Assembly (NCBI GenBank): GCA_963828125.1
Contig: CAWHDP010000001.1
Span: forward strand, 128,001-192,000
DNA: 64,000 nucleotides
Reading direction: 5' to 3'
Source: an uncultured Chlamydiae bacterium
Lineage (GTDB): Bacteria > Chlamydiota > Chlamydiia > Chlamydiales > SM23-39
The position numbers and the translations under genes were made by a program. Under the pieces are notes generated by a model. It worked only from the letters and a program-made list of their open reading frames with translations. It searched no databases and had not been told where the DNA came from. Positions 1 to 9,918 of this stretch are shown one piece after another; within the stretch, counting starts at the first letter, position 1, and every line of letters starts with the position of its first letter.

Positions 1-2
1 TG

Positions 3-143
3 CTAGGTGGGGCTGGGATCGGTTACGATGGTCTTTCTCGCATTTACTCATCATTAAATTCCTTATGGGCTCTGCATCAAGCTGAATTGATTGCATTGAA
101 AGAATGGGAAAATTCATCCCTAAAACCAGCGATTGCTCAGTAA
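3..143 (+). CDS. 3' end of an ORF entering from the left edge, possibly a transposase
   Basis: Open frame LGGAGIGYDG...LKPAIAQ* ends at TAA 141-143 and is followed directly by ACTTTTCTGGACACAAACC, which resembles an IS terminal repeat. Confidence 0.35.
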   Translation, partial: LGGAGIGYDGLSRIYSSLNSLWALHQAELIALKEWENSSLKPAIAQ

Positions 144-198
144 ACTTTTCTGGACACAAACCTAGATGGCCGCTTTTTTCCTAGGTTTTTTCTGCCTC

Positions 199-600
199 TT
201 ACGTCGAGATCCGCCCAACTGAAGGATGTTTGCTATAAGAACGCTTTCCTTCTGAACAGAGAAGCAGTTCAAAGCCATTCGTTTGGGGATCAAAATAGAG
301 TTCGTTATTTTTGAGGTTTGTCCAGCAGCTGATAGTTCCTTTAGCGGTATTCGTTATCCCTGCTACTTCACCTTCTGGGTCAATTTTAAATAGGGACTTC
401 TTTAAGGAGTTGGTAGTGTTCTGCCAGCCGACATAGGTTAGAATTGTCCCGTCTGGATTGCCGACATAGACATAAGTGCGTTCAAACTTCCCCTCAGCCG
501 TCGTATAGGATTTTCCCTTAGGGTCTTTTTGCATAGAGAGAAAACAGTGCGGATTGAACCTCCATCCGCCAAAACTAGCTGTTTGAATCATCGCCTTCAT
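199..600 (-). pseudogene. Hypothetical protein, probably the 3' remnant of a longer gene fused to the upstream ORF
   Basis: 133-aa ORF whose start overlaps the truncated end of 575..1183; no recognisable motif. Confidence 0.35.
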
Positions 601-1183
601 CTACAACACACGTGTGTTTTTTGCTGCAAGGGGAGCATGTCGTGTCGCCGCACTGAGAACAAATGACGCTCGCTGCTTTTTTGCAAGATTCACAAGAAAG
701 AGCAGGGGGATCATTTTGCATGAGTATCGTTACTTTTTTCTGCTGACAAGCGTTAATTTTTGCCACAACTTGGATTTCTAGGTCTGTGGAGGATCCCATG
801 TCATAAACATATTGGCATGTTGAGCCAGGAGATAAAAGTTGGCCTATTTGATTTTTCATCGATTGGCTGGGGTTTCCAGATTCAGAGTGAGACATATAGC
901 GGCGGCCCCCGATTGTGAATTCACTCAAGTGACCGCAACACTCAAGCCATATGCCTCTTAAAAAGGTATCCAGAAGACCTAAAGAAGCATTTTTTGGAAT
1001 CGTTGCAAAGATCCAATACATGCCAGGCTGTTCAGACCATGAGATTCGGATCAGATATCCTTCTGTCATTGATGGTGGGGGGATGTAAGATTTCAGAGCG
1101 CATGCGAGTAAATGAGCTCCTGCTTGCGCCGCAGCATACATTTTTCCGCACTTGGGGCATTTGCCTTTAGTTTTTATTTTCAT
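575..1183 (-). CDS. pRiA4b ORF-3-like (IS1096 passenger TnpR-like) protein with Zn-ribbon motifs, probably C-terminally truncated
   Basis: Motifs LDTFLRGIWLECCGHLSEF and YVYDMGSST, CxxC pairs at both ends; lacks the NSPRxGxCGY tail I recall for this family. Confidence 0.6.
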   Translation of the reverse strand: MKIKTKGKCPKCGKMYAAAQAGAHLLACALKSYIPPPSMTEGYLIRISWSEQPGMYWIFATIPKNASLGLLDTFLRGIWLECCGHLSEFTIGGRRYMSHSESGNPSQSMKNQIGQLLSPGSTCQYVYDMGSSTDLEIQVVAKINACQQKKVTILMQNDPPALSCESCKKAASVICSQCGDTTCSPCSKKHTCVVDEGDDSNS

Positions 1184-1433
1184 CGACGTTTTCCGTTTCG
1201 ATATATTTTTCTAGATATGACTCAGAGATTTCAATAGAGCTGCCATCGCCAAATTCTATTGTATATAGCCAGTCCCCAATATGAATGTTAAACTCGTTGG
1301 ACAGCTTTTCAGACTTAACCTGTTCCATTCCGCATACCACTGCAATTATTCCTGAAGGATAAGGAGGAGGTGCGTTGTGCTTAATTATTATAAGGTCATT
1401 CCATGTAAATAAATTAGTTTCTCCGCTTGTCAT
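1167..1433 (-). CDS. Small acidic hypothetical protein, candidate orphan immunity protein
   Basis: 88 aa, AT-rich, directly downstream of the Rhs immunity gene; WLYTIEFGDGSSIEI beta-rich motif. Confidence 0.5.
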   Translation of the reverse strand: MTSGETNLFTWNDLIIIKHNAPPPYPSGIIAVVCGMEQVKSEKLSNEFNIHIGDWLYTIEFGDGSSIEISESYLEKYIETENVDENKN

Positions 1434-1467
1434 GCTGGTTTTTATAGATAAATTTTTATTTTATTTC

Positions 1468-1923
1468 TCATTTTTCGAAATTTGGTTCTAGTAACTCCAC
1501 CTCTTTAAACCTTCTTTTAATCCTGTCAATCAAATCTTGATTTTTAGAGAAAACTTGCCAAAATGCACAATCTACTAATTCAATCACTACATCACAAGAT
1601 TGATACATTTCTTGATCCTTATCATAACGATGTAGAAATTCTTGATTTTTACATCCTAAAATAATTGTCTCATATATCTGAAATAACTGATTTCCTATAA
1701 AAAAGACATCGTCCCATTTTAATTTCAATCCTTCTTTAGATTTGTTTATTTTGTTTTTATAGTCGTTGACAGTGTCAGCATTTCCTGGGTTAGGTGTTCC
1801 ATCTAAAAACAAAATACACCAATTTAAATCGTTTCCTTTTTGGATTAATTTTAAAATGTCAGAAATTTTCACGTTTAAGACATTATCTTTGCTGTCTGAT
1901 ATTCGTATTCCATGAGTTTGCAT
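1468..1923 (-). CDS. Cognate immunity protein of Rhs toxin 1 (weak DUF2691-like resemblance)
   Basis: ATG overlaps the Rhs stop (TAATG) with GGAG upstream; 151 aa, AT-rich. Confidence 0.75.
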   Translation of the reverse strand: MQTHGIRISDSKDNVLNVKISDILKLIQKGNDLNWCILFLDGTPNPGNADTVNDYKNKINKSKEGLKLKWDDVFFIGNQLFQIYETIILGCKNQEFLHRYDKDQEMYQSCDVVIELVDCAFWQVFSKNQDLIDRIKRRFKEVELLEPNFEK

Positions 1924-4900
1924 TAATATCTCCATTCTGGAACAGGCTCCGGTTTACCTCTTTGCGGAGTTCCTCCTGTAGGATTTGGCTCTGGTCTATG
2001 TTGATGTGGATTTGGGTGTTTTTTCGGATATCCATGGTCAGTGAAATCAATATCACGAACGGGCTTCCCATCCTTATCAAATTCTCTAGCTTGTGGATAT
2101 TTTCCCTTACTTCCATCTCTAGTTCCTAACTCGGTGTGAGGAGCATCTGTTTCTGGTAATGGAATTCCATTTTCTGTTAAAGGCAAGGGTCTATCTGGTG
2201 CGTATACATCAGTATTTTTCCAAGATATGTTAGGCAATTTAATATCCTGAGCATGATAGGTAGTTGTTGCAAGCCCAAGACCCATCAACGCAGCACCAGT
2301 ACTTGTTGTCACTCCCAGGCCAAGAGTGAATCCACCAACAGTAACCACTTCAAGTGCAAAACCGCCGGCCATGATGGTTCCACCCAAAATGATCTCTCCT
2401 AATCCTAAGAGGTATCCTCCTATGCTTTCACCGTAAGGATCTCGATATAGAAATGGGTTATTGAAAACGTATTGATAGAGGTTTGAATGATCGATAGGCC
2501 CTAGGGGATCAGGAGTAAGCCAACGAGTCAGTTGTGGATCATAGTAACGCTTGCCGAAGTAGATAAGCCCTGTTTTTGCATCGTATCTTTTTCCTGCATA
2601 GGCATAGGGGATTGCATCTGTTAAGCCTAGCCCAAATGCATCGCAAGAGTTCTCCTTAACGATCTTTTTTGTGTTCCAATTAACAAGAGATCGGATTGTT
2701 CCTTGTACATCTTGAATAGGAGCAAAGACGCGGTTTTCAATTTCAATGGCAACGATGTTTTGATGGCCTGGTATTTTGAGCTCTTTTGCTTGGCCCTCTT
2801 CAAAAGATCCAATCTCCTCATCGTCGATATAAAGATAAGAGGTATTGCCTTTCTGCAGTCTTCTTCCAACTGCATCATAAACGAAATTTTCTCCTTCCGC
2901 TGAAATGAGCTGATCGAATGCATCAAAAATGAAGCCGGATTTTATGAGATTTCCATTTTTGTCGTATGGAAGTCCCTGGATTTGTCCTGCCTCGTCAACT
3001 GGTTGAGCTTGTCCATTTTTTTCAATGCAGTTGTAATGTTGATCATAGCATGCTATGAACTTGCCAGTTTCTGAAGTGAGCTGGGAAGCATTATCGTAAG
3101 TATAAGTGACTGCTCCTCTCCTGATAAGGTTACCTGCTTCATCGTAGACAAGTTCCTCTTTAAGGTATGGATTTATTTGGGATGTCCTTCTTACTCCGGT
3201 TTTGTCATAGGCATAGGTGGTGTGAAAGAGTCCTGTTTCTGACAATGGAAGGCCAGCTTCATTGTATCGATCATAGTTGTGTGTATAGAGGATAGATCCA
3301 CTCGGGTGTAGACGGGTAATTGTTTTTAAAAAAGGTCCTTCGTATTCATATTCAATACGGCTGTAATCGGGCAGAGTTCTTTCCAAGGGGCGATTCCAAT
3401 CGTCGTATTTACTTTCAATCCAGAGCCCATTTGAAAATTCTTCTCTTAAAGTATTGCCAAAGGGATCGAGCGTTCTTGAAAAACCACTTCCCTGAATGAG
3501 ACGCCCCAAGCGATCATAGCTGAACTCACGCGAACCTACTTTAGTCAGCTCTCCTTGAAGGTTATATTCATAGGCTAGGACGGTACCATCGGGTTTAATT
3601 TTTGTTTGGAGTTTTCCTCCTGGCGTATAGGTCCAAAAAGTCGTTCGCATCCCTCCGTCGAGCATCGAAGAGCGCAATCCTCCAGGAGTATAAGAAAAGC
3701 TTAAATGACCTTGCCGAATCAGGCGGAGTGCGCAGTCGTATTCGAATTCTTCTGAAACACACCCAGGGATTTCCCTTTTAAGAAGTAGGTCATGCGCGTT
3801 ATACGTTTCAATCGTCTCTATGTTTCTTGGATCTCTTATCGTCTTGACTGAGACTTGATTGCCTTCATCGTAGGTAATGATTGTTTTGGCCCCTTCTTCA
3901 TCCATTGTCTCAATCAAGCGATTATAAGAATCGTAGGAATAAGAAGTGATGCCTGCTCGAGTGACCGTAGCAACGAGGCCGGATGGATCGTAAGTCCAAC
4001 AAGTGACGAGACGCCCCTCGATCGATTTTTCCAGGATCTGCCCGATTTGATTGCGAAGATATGTAGTAGAACGGTCTGTTCGTTCTTCGACTGATAAAAA
4101 ACCGAGGGGATCGTAAGAAAATTTTGTTTTTCGGCCGGCTCTTTCTTCCTCTGTTTTGCGTCCTGCTAAATCGTATCGAATTTTGGTCACGATGCCTTGA
4201 GGATCGATTTCTTCGATTAAATCGTAGGCATCGTAGGAATACGAAGTAGTATAGGAACCTACGGTTTTAGAAAGAGTTCTCCCTAATGCGTCATAGGTAA
4301 AGGTTGTTTTGAGTCCGTCAGGGTCAGCTTGCGAAGCTAAAAGACCATTTTGCGCGTACTCATAAGTTTGTATGCCTCCATCTGGATTGATAACCTCAAC
4401 CGGATTGCCGTAGCTATCCACCTTAGTTCTTGTGGTGGCATCATATATATCGCTACGTTTGATTTCTCTTCCGAAAGAATCATAGGTGACTTTGAGCAAT
4501 GTTGGAGGTGATTCGATTAGGATAGGTTTATGATGGACGGGGTGGTAAGAATAACTTGTTTTTAGCCCAAGATAATCGGTTTTTTCGATTAAATCATCCC
4601 AAGCGTTATAGATAAAACGAGTGACGTGATCGTTCTCTTTGATGGAGCACAGTCTTCCTTTAGCATCGAAGGTGCGGTCTATGGCAAGTGTCCCCGAAAA
4701 AGGAATTTCATGGATACAGCGATTTCGATGGTCGTATTGGTAAGTGGCTGTGTGACCTAAGGGATTAGTTTCTTCGAGAAGATTTCCCTTTGAATCGTAC
4801 GTCCTTTCTAATATGTAAGTCAAATTCCCATCTGATCCAAAATGCTCTTCTTCGGAAATATTTCCATATTCATCGTAAATAAAATTGGTTTTATGAATAA

Positions 4901-6476
4901 GCGCCCCGTTCCAGTCGCGCTCTTCTTTCCATTGGATACGATGTAGATTAGGTCCTTGGGTGTTCAGAATGTAGTGAGTGCGAGTTCTTCCCTCTTCCGC
5001 CTCTTCGATTAAGTTATTTGCTTCATCATAAAAGTAAGAAGTTTTACGAATAGGCTTTCCCCATTCTAGGGTCGTTTTGGAGGTGGGAAGGCGTGTATTT
5101 TGTAAGTATGTATATTCAGTCCCGAGTCCATCATCTCTTTCTTCTCGAATGAGCCGGCCCCTCGTAGTGAAGGTTCGCTTAATGCAAAAAGTACCAAAAT
5201 CTCCTTCGGTTTTCTCGAGAACGGGATTCCCTTCAGGATCGCATTCATAGTTGTAGGCAATGAGGAGATTGCCGGCTCCATCTCGGGTTTCAATGCGCTG
5301 GATGTGTTGCTTGGAGTTGTAAGTGAAGGTCTTTTGATTAATGAGGGTGCCACCCAACCAATTTTCAAGAGCGGAAAGGAGGAGATTTTGATTGAAGCGG
5401 TAAATAGTAGAGGCACCGTTTCCGTATTCTGCTTTCGTCCAGCCATCTTTTTGCCCTGCAATCGGAGGATCGTAGGAAAAAAGAGTAGACCCAGATGGGG
5501 TATTTAGACGCTGCGTGCGAGCAACTGTTCCTTTATTCTTGAAATATTCAAAGGACACAGGATAGTTTTTTGCATCATAATATGAGAGCAGGCTCCTCTC
5601 GTTATATTCAACCCTGTTGGAATAAATTGGATTAGATGCCGTTGTGAGAACTGATGTCCTATAAGAAAAGCTTTCTTTCGATTTTCCTCTCTTTACCTTG
5701 CCTTTAACTTCAAATACGTCATAGTTGAACCTTGATTCTCTTCCGTCAGACCCAACGTATGCGTTTTCTCCAATTTTTTTTATCGAGGCATAAGTATATT
5801 TGCCGGATTTATCTGTAGATGTGATTCTAGATAGCCCTTGGGTGTCATATTCGTAAGCGATGCGCTTTCCATTGGGAAGAAGTTCAGCTTCTAGTCGATA
5901 TAGTGCAGAGGATTGTTTTCGATAGACGCGCTCTGTTCCGTCCGGCCAAATAATGCGCGTTGCATCTGAATCTATCGAAAATTCAATATTACGAAGATCT
6001 GCTGTACTATCCGGTTTTCCCTGTCTTAAATTGCTGAAACCGTAGGCGTTCGTTTTTAGAATTCCCTTATTGCCGCGAATTTCGAATTCCAGGACAAAAC
6101 CGCTGGGATCACGCACCTGAAAATAAGAAGAATGAAAATTAAATCCAGCCCAAAGATGGGGTAATATTGCCCACCGCCTGCTTTCTTGAGACGCCAAACT
6201 TTTCCCTAAGAGCAAACGATCGAAATCATCTTTGTCTTCATATCGACCGAGAATTTGAGGAGGCACATAGGTTCTTTTTAATGCGAGATCTTGTGCAGCC
6301 TTAATATGCAGGTCTGTTTCATGAAGGGAGACTTGTCCAGACAAAGGGGAAATATAGCCATCGATCAGAAGATTTGTACTTAAAGAGGCAATTTCATCGG
6401 GAGTTGAAGGCCCTACATTTTCGAAAGGAGCAGCGATCAGTCGGGAAGTGAAGATAAAACATAGTAACCATCGCAT
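1923..6476 (-). CDS. Rhs/YD-repeat polymorphic toxin 1 with N-terminal Sec-like signal peptide and C-terminal Ntox24-like toxin
   Basis: Start MRWLLCFIFTSRLIA with GGGGA SD; DUF6531-like ISPLSGQVSLHETDL; many YD repeats; core RYYDPQLTRWLTPDPLG...NNPFLYRDPYG; Gly-rich hydrophobic linker; tip DFTDHG..HPNPHQH. Confidence 0.92.
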   Translation of the reverse strand: MRWLLCFIFTSRLIAAPFENVGPSTPDEIASLSTNLLIDGYISPLSGQVSLHETDLHIKAAQDLALKRTYVPPQILGRYEDKDDFDRLLLGKSLASQESRRWAILPHLWAGFNFHSSYFQVRDPSGFVLEFEIRGNKGILKTNAYGFSNLRQGKPDSTADLRNIEFSIDSDATRIIWPDGTERVYRKQSSALYRLEAELLPNGKRIAYEYDTQGLSRITSTDKSGKYTYASIKKIGENAYVGSDGRESRFNYDVFEVKGKVKRGKSKESFSYRTSVLTTASNPIYSNRVEYNERSLLSYYDAKNYPVSFEYFKNKGTVARTQRLNTPSGSTLFSYDPPIAGQKDGWTKAEYGNGASTIYRFNQNLLLSALENWLGGTLINQKTFTYNSKQHIQRIETRDGAGNLLIAYNYECDPEGNPVLEKTEGDFGTFCIKRTFTTRGRLIREERDDGLGTEYTYLQNTRLPTSKTTLEWGKPIRKTSYFYDEANNLIEEAEEGRTRTHYILNTQGPNLHRIQWKEERDWNGALIHKTNFIYDEYGNISEEEHFGSDGNLTYILERTYDSKGNLLEETNPLGHTATYQYDHRNRCIHEIPFSGTLAIDRTFDAKGRLCSIKENDHVTRFIYNAWDDLIEKTDYLGLKTSYSYHPVHHKPILIESPPTLLKVTYDSFGREIKRSDIYDATTRTKVDSYGNPVEVINPDGGIQTYEYAQNGLLASQADPDGLKTTFTYDALGRTLSKTVGSYTTSYSYDAYDLIEEIDPQGIVTKIRYDLAGRKTEEERAGRKTKFSYDPLGFLSVEERTDRSTTYLRNQIGQILEKSIEGRLVTCWTYDPSGLVATVTRAGITSYSYDSYNRLIETMDEEGAKTIITYDEGNQVSVKTIRDPRNIETIETYNAHDLLLKREIPGCVSEEFEYDCALRLIRQGHLSFSYTPGGLRSSMLDGGMRTTFWTYTPGGKLQTKIKPDGTVLAYEYNLQGELTKVGSREFSYDRLGRLIQGSGFSRTLDPFGNTLREEFSNGLWIESKYDDWNRPLERTLPDYSRIEYEYEGPFLKTITRLHPSGSILYTHNYDRYNEAGLPLSETGLFHTTYAYDKTGVRRTSQINPYLKEELVYDEAGNLIRRGAVTYTYDNASQLTSETGKFIACYDQHYNCIEKNGQAQPVDEAGQIQGLPYDKNGNLIKSGFIFDAFDQLISAEGENFVYDAVGRRLQKGNTSYLYIDDEEIGSFEEGQAKELKIPGHQNIVAIEIENRVFAPIQDVQGTIRSLVNWNTKKIVKENSCDAFGLGLTDAIPYAYAGKRYDAKTGLIYFGKRYYDPQLTRWLTPDPLGPIDHSNLYQYVFNNPFLYRDPYGESIGGYLLGLGEIILGGTIMAGGFALEVVTVGGFTLGLGVTTSTGAALMGLGLATTTYHAQDIKLPNISWKNTDVYAPDRPLPLTENGIPLPETDAPHTELGTRDGSKGKYPQAREFDKDGKPVRDIDFTDHGYPKKHPNPHQHRPEPNPTGGTPQRGKPEPVPEWRY

Positions 6477-6532
6477 AAAAGTCCCCAATGTTGACGCTTG
6501 GCCCATACGAAACCCATGACTTAAGAGAAAAG

Positions 6533-6561
6533 ATTGTAACGAGAAAGGCGATTTCAATCTA
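6533..6561 (-). promoter_or_regulatory. Putative sigma70-type promoter of Rhs 1 (TAGATT-17-TACAAT)
   Basis: Lies in a block conserved upstream of both Rhs copies; copy 2 reads TAGATT-17-TATAAT. Confidence 0.5.
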
Positions 6562-6775
6562 TTGCGAATAAAGGTCTTTTGTTGCTTTGCGCGGTTCGAG
6601 CGCTGTGACTGAATCTAGAAACATCTAATTTCGATGTTTTTATAGGCGCTCTCTTTGTGTCTTGGTGCTCTCTGATGATTCACGGAAATTTTCGCCACAC
6701 TGTTGCGACTTTTGAACTGTTTGTAGATTTCGAATGGATCAAGTTATTCTAAGTCTTTAAAAATAAGATATATAA

Positions 6776-8049
6776 CTCGACTTTGCAACTTTTAGCTGCC
6801 TAACTCAAGCGGCTTGAAGCACCCGCTTCACTATGTCATCCGCCCAGTTCCACATTTCGGGCGTAATATTTTCTACGGAAGAGGTGAATTTGCCCTTCCT
6901 GGAAATTAAATTATCCCTCCATATCACCATGCGCACAGCTCTTAGCATGTCGGAAAACGTGGCTTGCTCTTTCTGGTGCCAAGCAGTGGATTCCACTTTG
7001 AGCAAACCCACCTGTTTCAGCCGATTAGCCATCATACAGACACAACTATATAATCCCATCAGTATAGGAGTCGATCGGGCGATTGCTCGATCTGACCATT
7101 GCCGTTGAGTCTCCACCCCGAGATGCTCTCGACTTTCTTCGAACGTGACCTCAAGACTCCAACGATCTACGAATAGTTCGACCATACGTTCAACAGTCAT
7201 GAGCGGATCTGTGCTCATAAGAGGTAAAGGATCCAATTTCCCCGTAGGATCTACCACTAAAGCCCATCGAATAGGTATAGGCGTCGCTCCATCTGCTCCC
7301 CACATGCATGTATCGGAAATTACACGCGCTATTCTTTTTTCTCCGCCGTACCCAACGACCTCTATTTCTTTCCATGGCAACCCCTCCAGAGACAGCATCT
7401 GTTTGAAATTTTTCAACCGGACGCCCTTTTTCGCAATACGCCCTCTTCGGCCAGGCTGTTTCTCGGCGGGGAAATCAAACAAGGCTGCATTCATCTTCAG
7501 GCGGGACACAAGAGCCACTCCAAAAGAAATGCAGTCTAAAGCCAATTGCCCTGCCGCATATCCCCCATCTCCAACGAGGATTAAAGGCCAAGTTTTCCCC
7601 ACCCACCGACGCACTTGCAAAATCATCTGACTTGTCCATCTCCAGGGGAAGTTTATCGGAGACGAAAACGAGCAACAGCTGAAACAGAATCTTTGCCGCC
7701 TTCAGAGAGGACCATTCAGCCCGATTTAAGAGGTGATGGTACTTGGAACATCCCGGTTCATACTCGAGTCCCATTGCACGCAACGCAGAGCAAATGGTTC
7801 TTTTACCCGTACATAAGAGCGTACCGAGCAAGAGGGTTAGGGCTTTTTTCCAGGAGGGTTTAGAAAAAAGTACCGAGAAAGGGAGTAGAACCGATAAAAT
7901 GTTGTGTGATAGAGAGTCCATTGGCATAGCCTTTTGTCTTTGAACAACAAAGATTATGAACGATGGGGGACTCTCTATCAATTTTTATTTTTGCAATCTC
8001 ATGGCTGACGAGCGTCAGCGAGGAAGTCATGAAATTGTACAAAGTCGAG
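6776..8049 (-). mobile_element. IS701-family element with an internally deleted, frameshifted transposase
   Basis: Terminal IR CTCGACTTTG (6776) / CAAAGTCGAG (8040-8049); N-terminal LLLGTLLCTGKRT..KYHHLLNRAEWS joined out of frame near 7640 to VGDGGY...RWSLEVTFEESREHLGVETQRQWS. Confidence 0.85.
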
Positions 8050-8050
8050 A

Positions 8051-8920
8051 TACTATGATTCTAGAAGCGGTCAATTCTTAAGCCAAGATCCGGTGTCTTA
8101 CCCGATGTGCCTAGATCTATATGCTTACGCTAATGGGGATCCAGTTAATTACTTTGATCCAGATGGTCGATTTGCGTCTTATGCTTATCAAGTGACAAAA
8201 CCTACAGTTATTGCAGGGCTAGATCATCTTACTGGTTACAGCCAAACTGTTAGGGCTGGCAATTGGCTTTCTGCTTATTGTTATGATCACAATCTTACCC
8301 ATTCAGAGTCTTTTCAAGTTGGCTCATTTAATTTGCCAAACAGCGCTATCGGCTTTATCAATGGCATTGCCAATACTAAAGAAGAGTCTATGGCAAAAGC
8401 ACGATACCTAAGTGGGTATGCAGGAGGGGCGACAGTTTATGGGGTATACAATGCATCAAACAGCGTCATTGGAGATTTAATTGATTCTGGACTAGGGCGT
8501 ATTGGAATTATGACCCCTCCAACTCAGAAAATAAAAGATCGATGGCATGATTTTTTTGCAATAAGTGGACCTGAAGCAAAATTTTTTCAGCACTGCCATA
8601 GTCATGGAGCTACTCATGTCAAAAATGCACTCTTAACTTCTCCAAAGGAAGTTCGACAACGCATTATTGTTTTAGCGATTGCTCCTGCGGAGATTGTATC
8701 TAAGACGCTATGTTATGAATCTTATAACTACATGAGTAGGCGTGATTTTGTCACCCACTTTGATATTATTGGAAAGATGAGGCACAGAGATGAGTTAATC
8801 ATATTAGAACCCCACCCAGATGCCAATTTTTTTGATCATGATTTCTTAAGTCCCACTTTTGCAGAGTCAATCAAGCGTCATACTAAAGAATATATAAAAA
8901 AATATGGAGGAATGCAATGA
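8051..8920 (+). pseudogene. Orphan Rhs C-terminal module with alpha/beta-hydrolase (lipase-like, DUF687-like) toxin tip, 5'-truncated by IS701
   Basis: Frame begins YYDSRSGQFLSQDPVSYP...NGDPVNYFDPDGR (Rhs core end) at the IS edge; tip has FINGIAN, HCHSHGA nucleophile elbow, RDFV and DHDF. Confidence 0.8.
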
Positions 8921-9576
8921 AGCGTTTTTTAAATTTTTCACTGGTATTATTTATGTTTGTTTCTGTCTTCGGTTGCACTTATTTTAGAGATCAAATGCCA
9001 GATTATGAAAAAATTGCAGATAAAATCACAAATAGAACCGCTGAGAAGCTTAAAGAAGAAAAAAAACTCACCTTAATAGGCATTGGCGGAAGAATGATGG
9101 ATGATATACAGATGATGGCCATGAGTTTCAATTATTATCAGGAAGTCAATTTAGAGCAGGCAAGAGAATTGCTAATTTATGTCATTAATGAATATCTTTC
9201 TGATATCAACAATAACCAAGATGTTAGACCTTATCTTCATGAATATCCATTTACTTCCAAAAATGTAGAAATAAGAATATTTATTTATGGCCCAGATAGG
9301 AGAACACTTCATCCGGACAAGATCGGTTACATTTCATCTATTGATGGTGTTTTGGAATATTACACTGGTGCAGATGATGATCATCCCATATGTAGAGAAA
9401 CATACACTGAGGCTTTAAGCGAGATAGCTTTCAGTCAAGGATTAGAGACTGGTGTCAGAAAGACAAACGAAGAAGTAGTAGTTGCGAAGGCTGTCGCAAA
9501 AGATGGAGCTAAAGGTGAGAGTCAGCTTGTAGTACAGGCATATAAGCTTGTGAAAGCCCATGCTGCCAGATGGTAG
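8917..9576 (+). CDS. Lipoprotein, putative immunity protein of the hydrolase toxin; C-terminus replaced by RT-derived sequence
   Basis: ATGA overlap with the toxin stop; signal peptide with lipobox VFG-C; paralog at 14992. Confidence 0.75.
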   Translation: MKRFLNFSLVLFMFVSVFGCTYFRDQMPDYEKIADKITNRTAEKLKEEKKLTLIGIGGRMMDDIQMMAMSFNYYQEVNLEQARELLIYVINEYLSDINNNQDVRPYLHEYPFTSKNVEIRIFIYGPDRRTLHPDKIGYISSIDGVLEYYTGADDDHPICRETYTEALSEIAFSQGLETGVRKTNEEVVVAKAVAKDGAKGESQLVVQAYKLVKAHAARW

Positions 9577-9802
9577 CTTAAAGCAACGAGACCGAGGCAC
9601 TCCGCAAGGAGGAGTTATTAGTCCAGTTTTAAGCAATCTATTCATGCACTATGCATTTGATGCTTGGATGAAGAGGATGTACCCGGGAAGACCCTGGTGT
9701 CGCTATGCAGACGATGGACTCATTCACCTCAAAACAGAGCAAGAAGCACAAGAGATGCTTCTCGCACTCAAGAAACGTTTTGAAGAATGTGGATTAGAGC
9801 TG
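9523..9802 (+). pseudogene. Group II intron reverse transcriptase remnant
   Basis: N-terminal QLVVQAYKLVKA joined to RGTPQGGVISPVLSNLFMHYAFD...WCRYADDG...ECGLEL; most of the RT and maturase are missing. Confidence 0.85.
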
Positions 9803-9833
9803 AGGTGGTCGATGAGGAGGCCTTTATTCGCAA

Positions 9834-9862
9834 TAGATTGAAATCGCCGTTCTCGTTATAAT
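9834..9862 (+). promoter_or_regulatory. Putative sigma70-type promoter of Rhs 2 (TAGATT-17-TATAAT)
   Basis: Perfect -10 box, 17-bp spacer, conserved with the Rhs 1 upstream region. Confidence 0.55.
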
Positions 9863-9918
9863 TTTTTCTCTGTGTCAACCGGACTTCGTAAGGCCAAGTG
9901 TCAACAGTAGGGAATGTT

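Noticed and set aside
9523..9841. RT between two Rhs copies as a DGR, retron or defence RT diversifying the toxins
   Set aside because: Motifs (GTPQGG, YADD, QAYKLVKA) are group II intron-type, the gene is a deleted fragment, and differences between the Rhs copies are not adenine-specific by eye.
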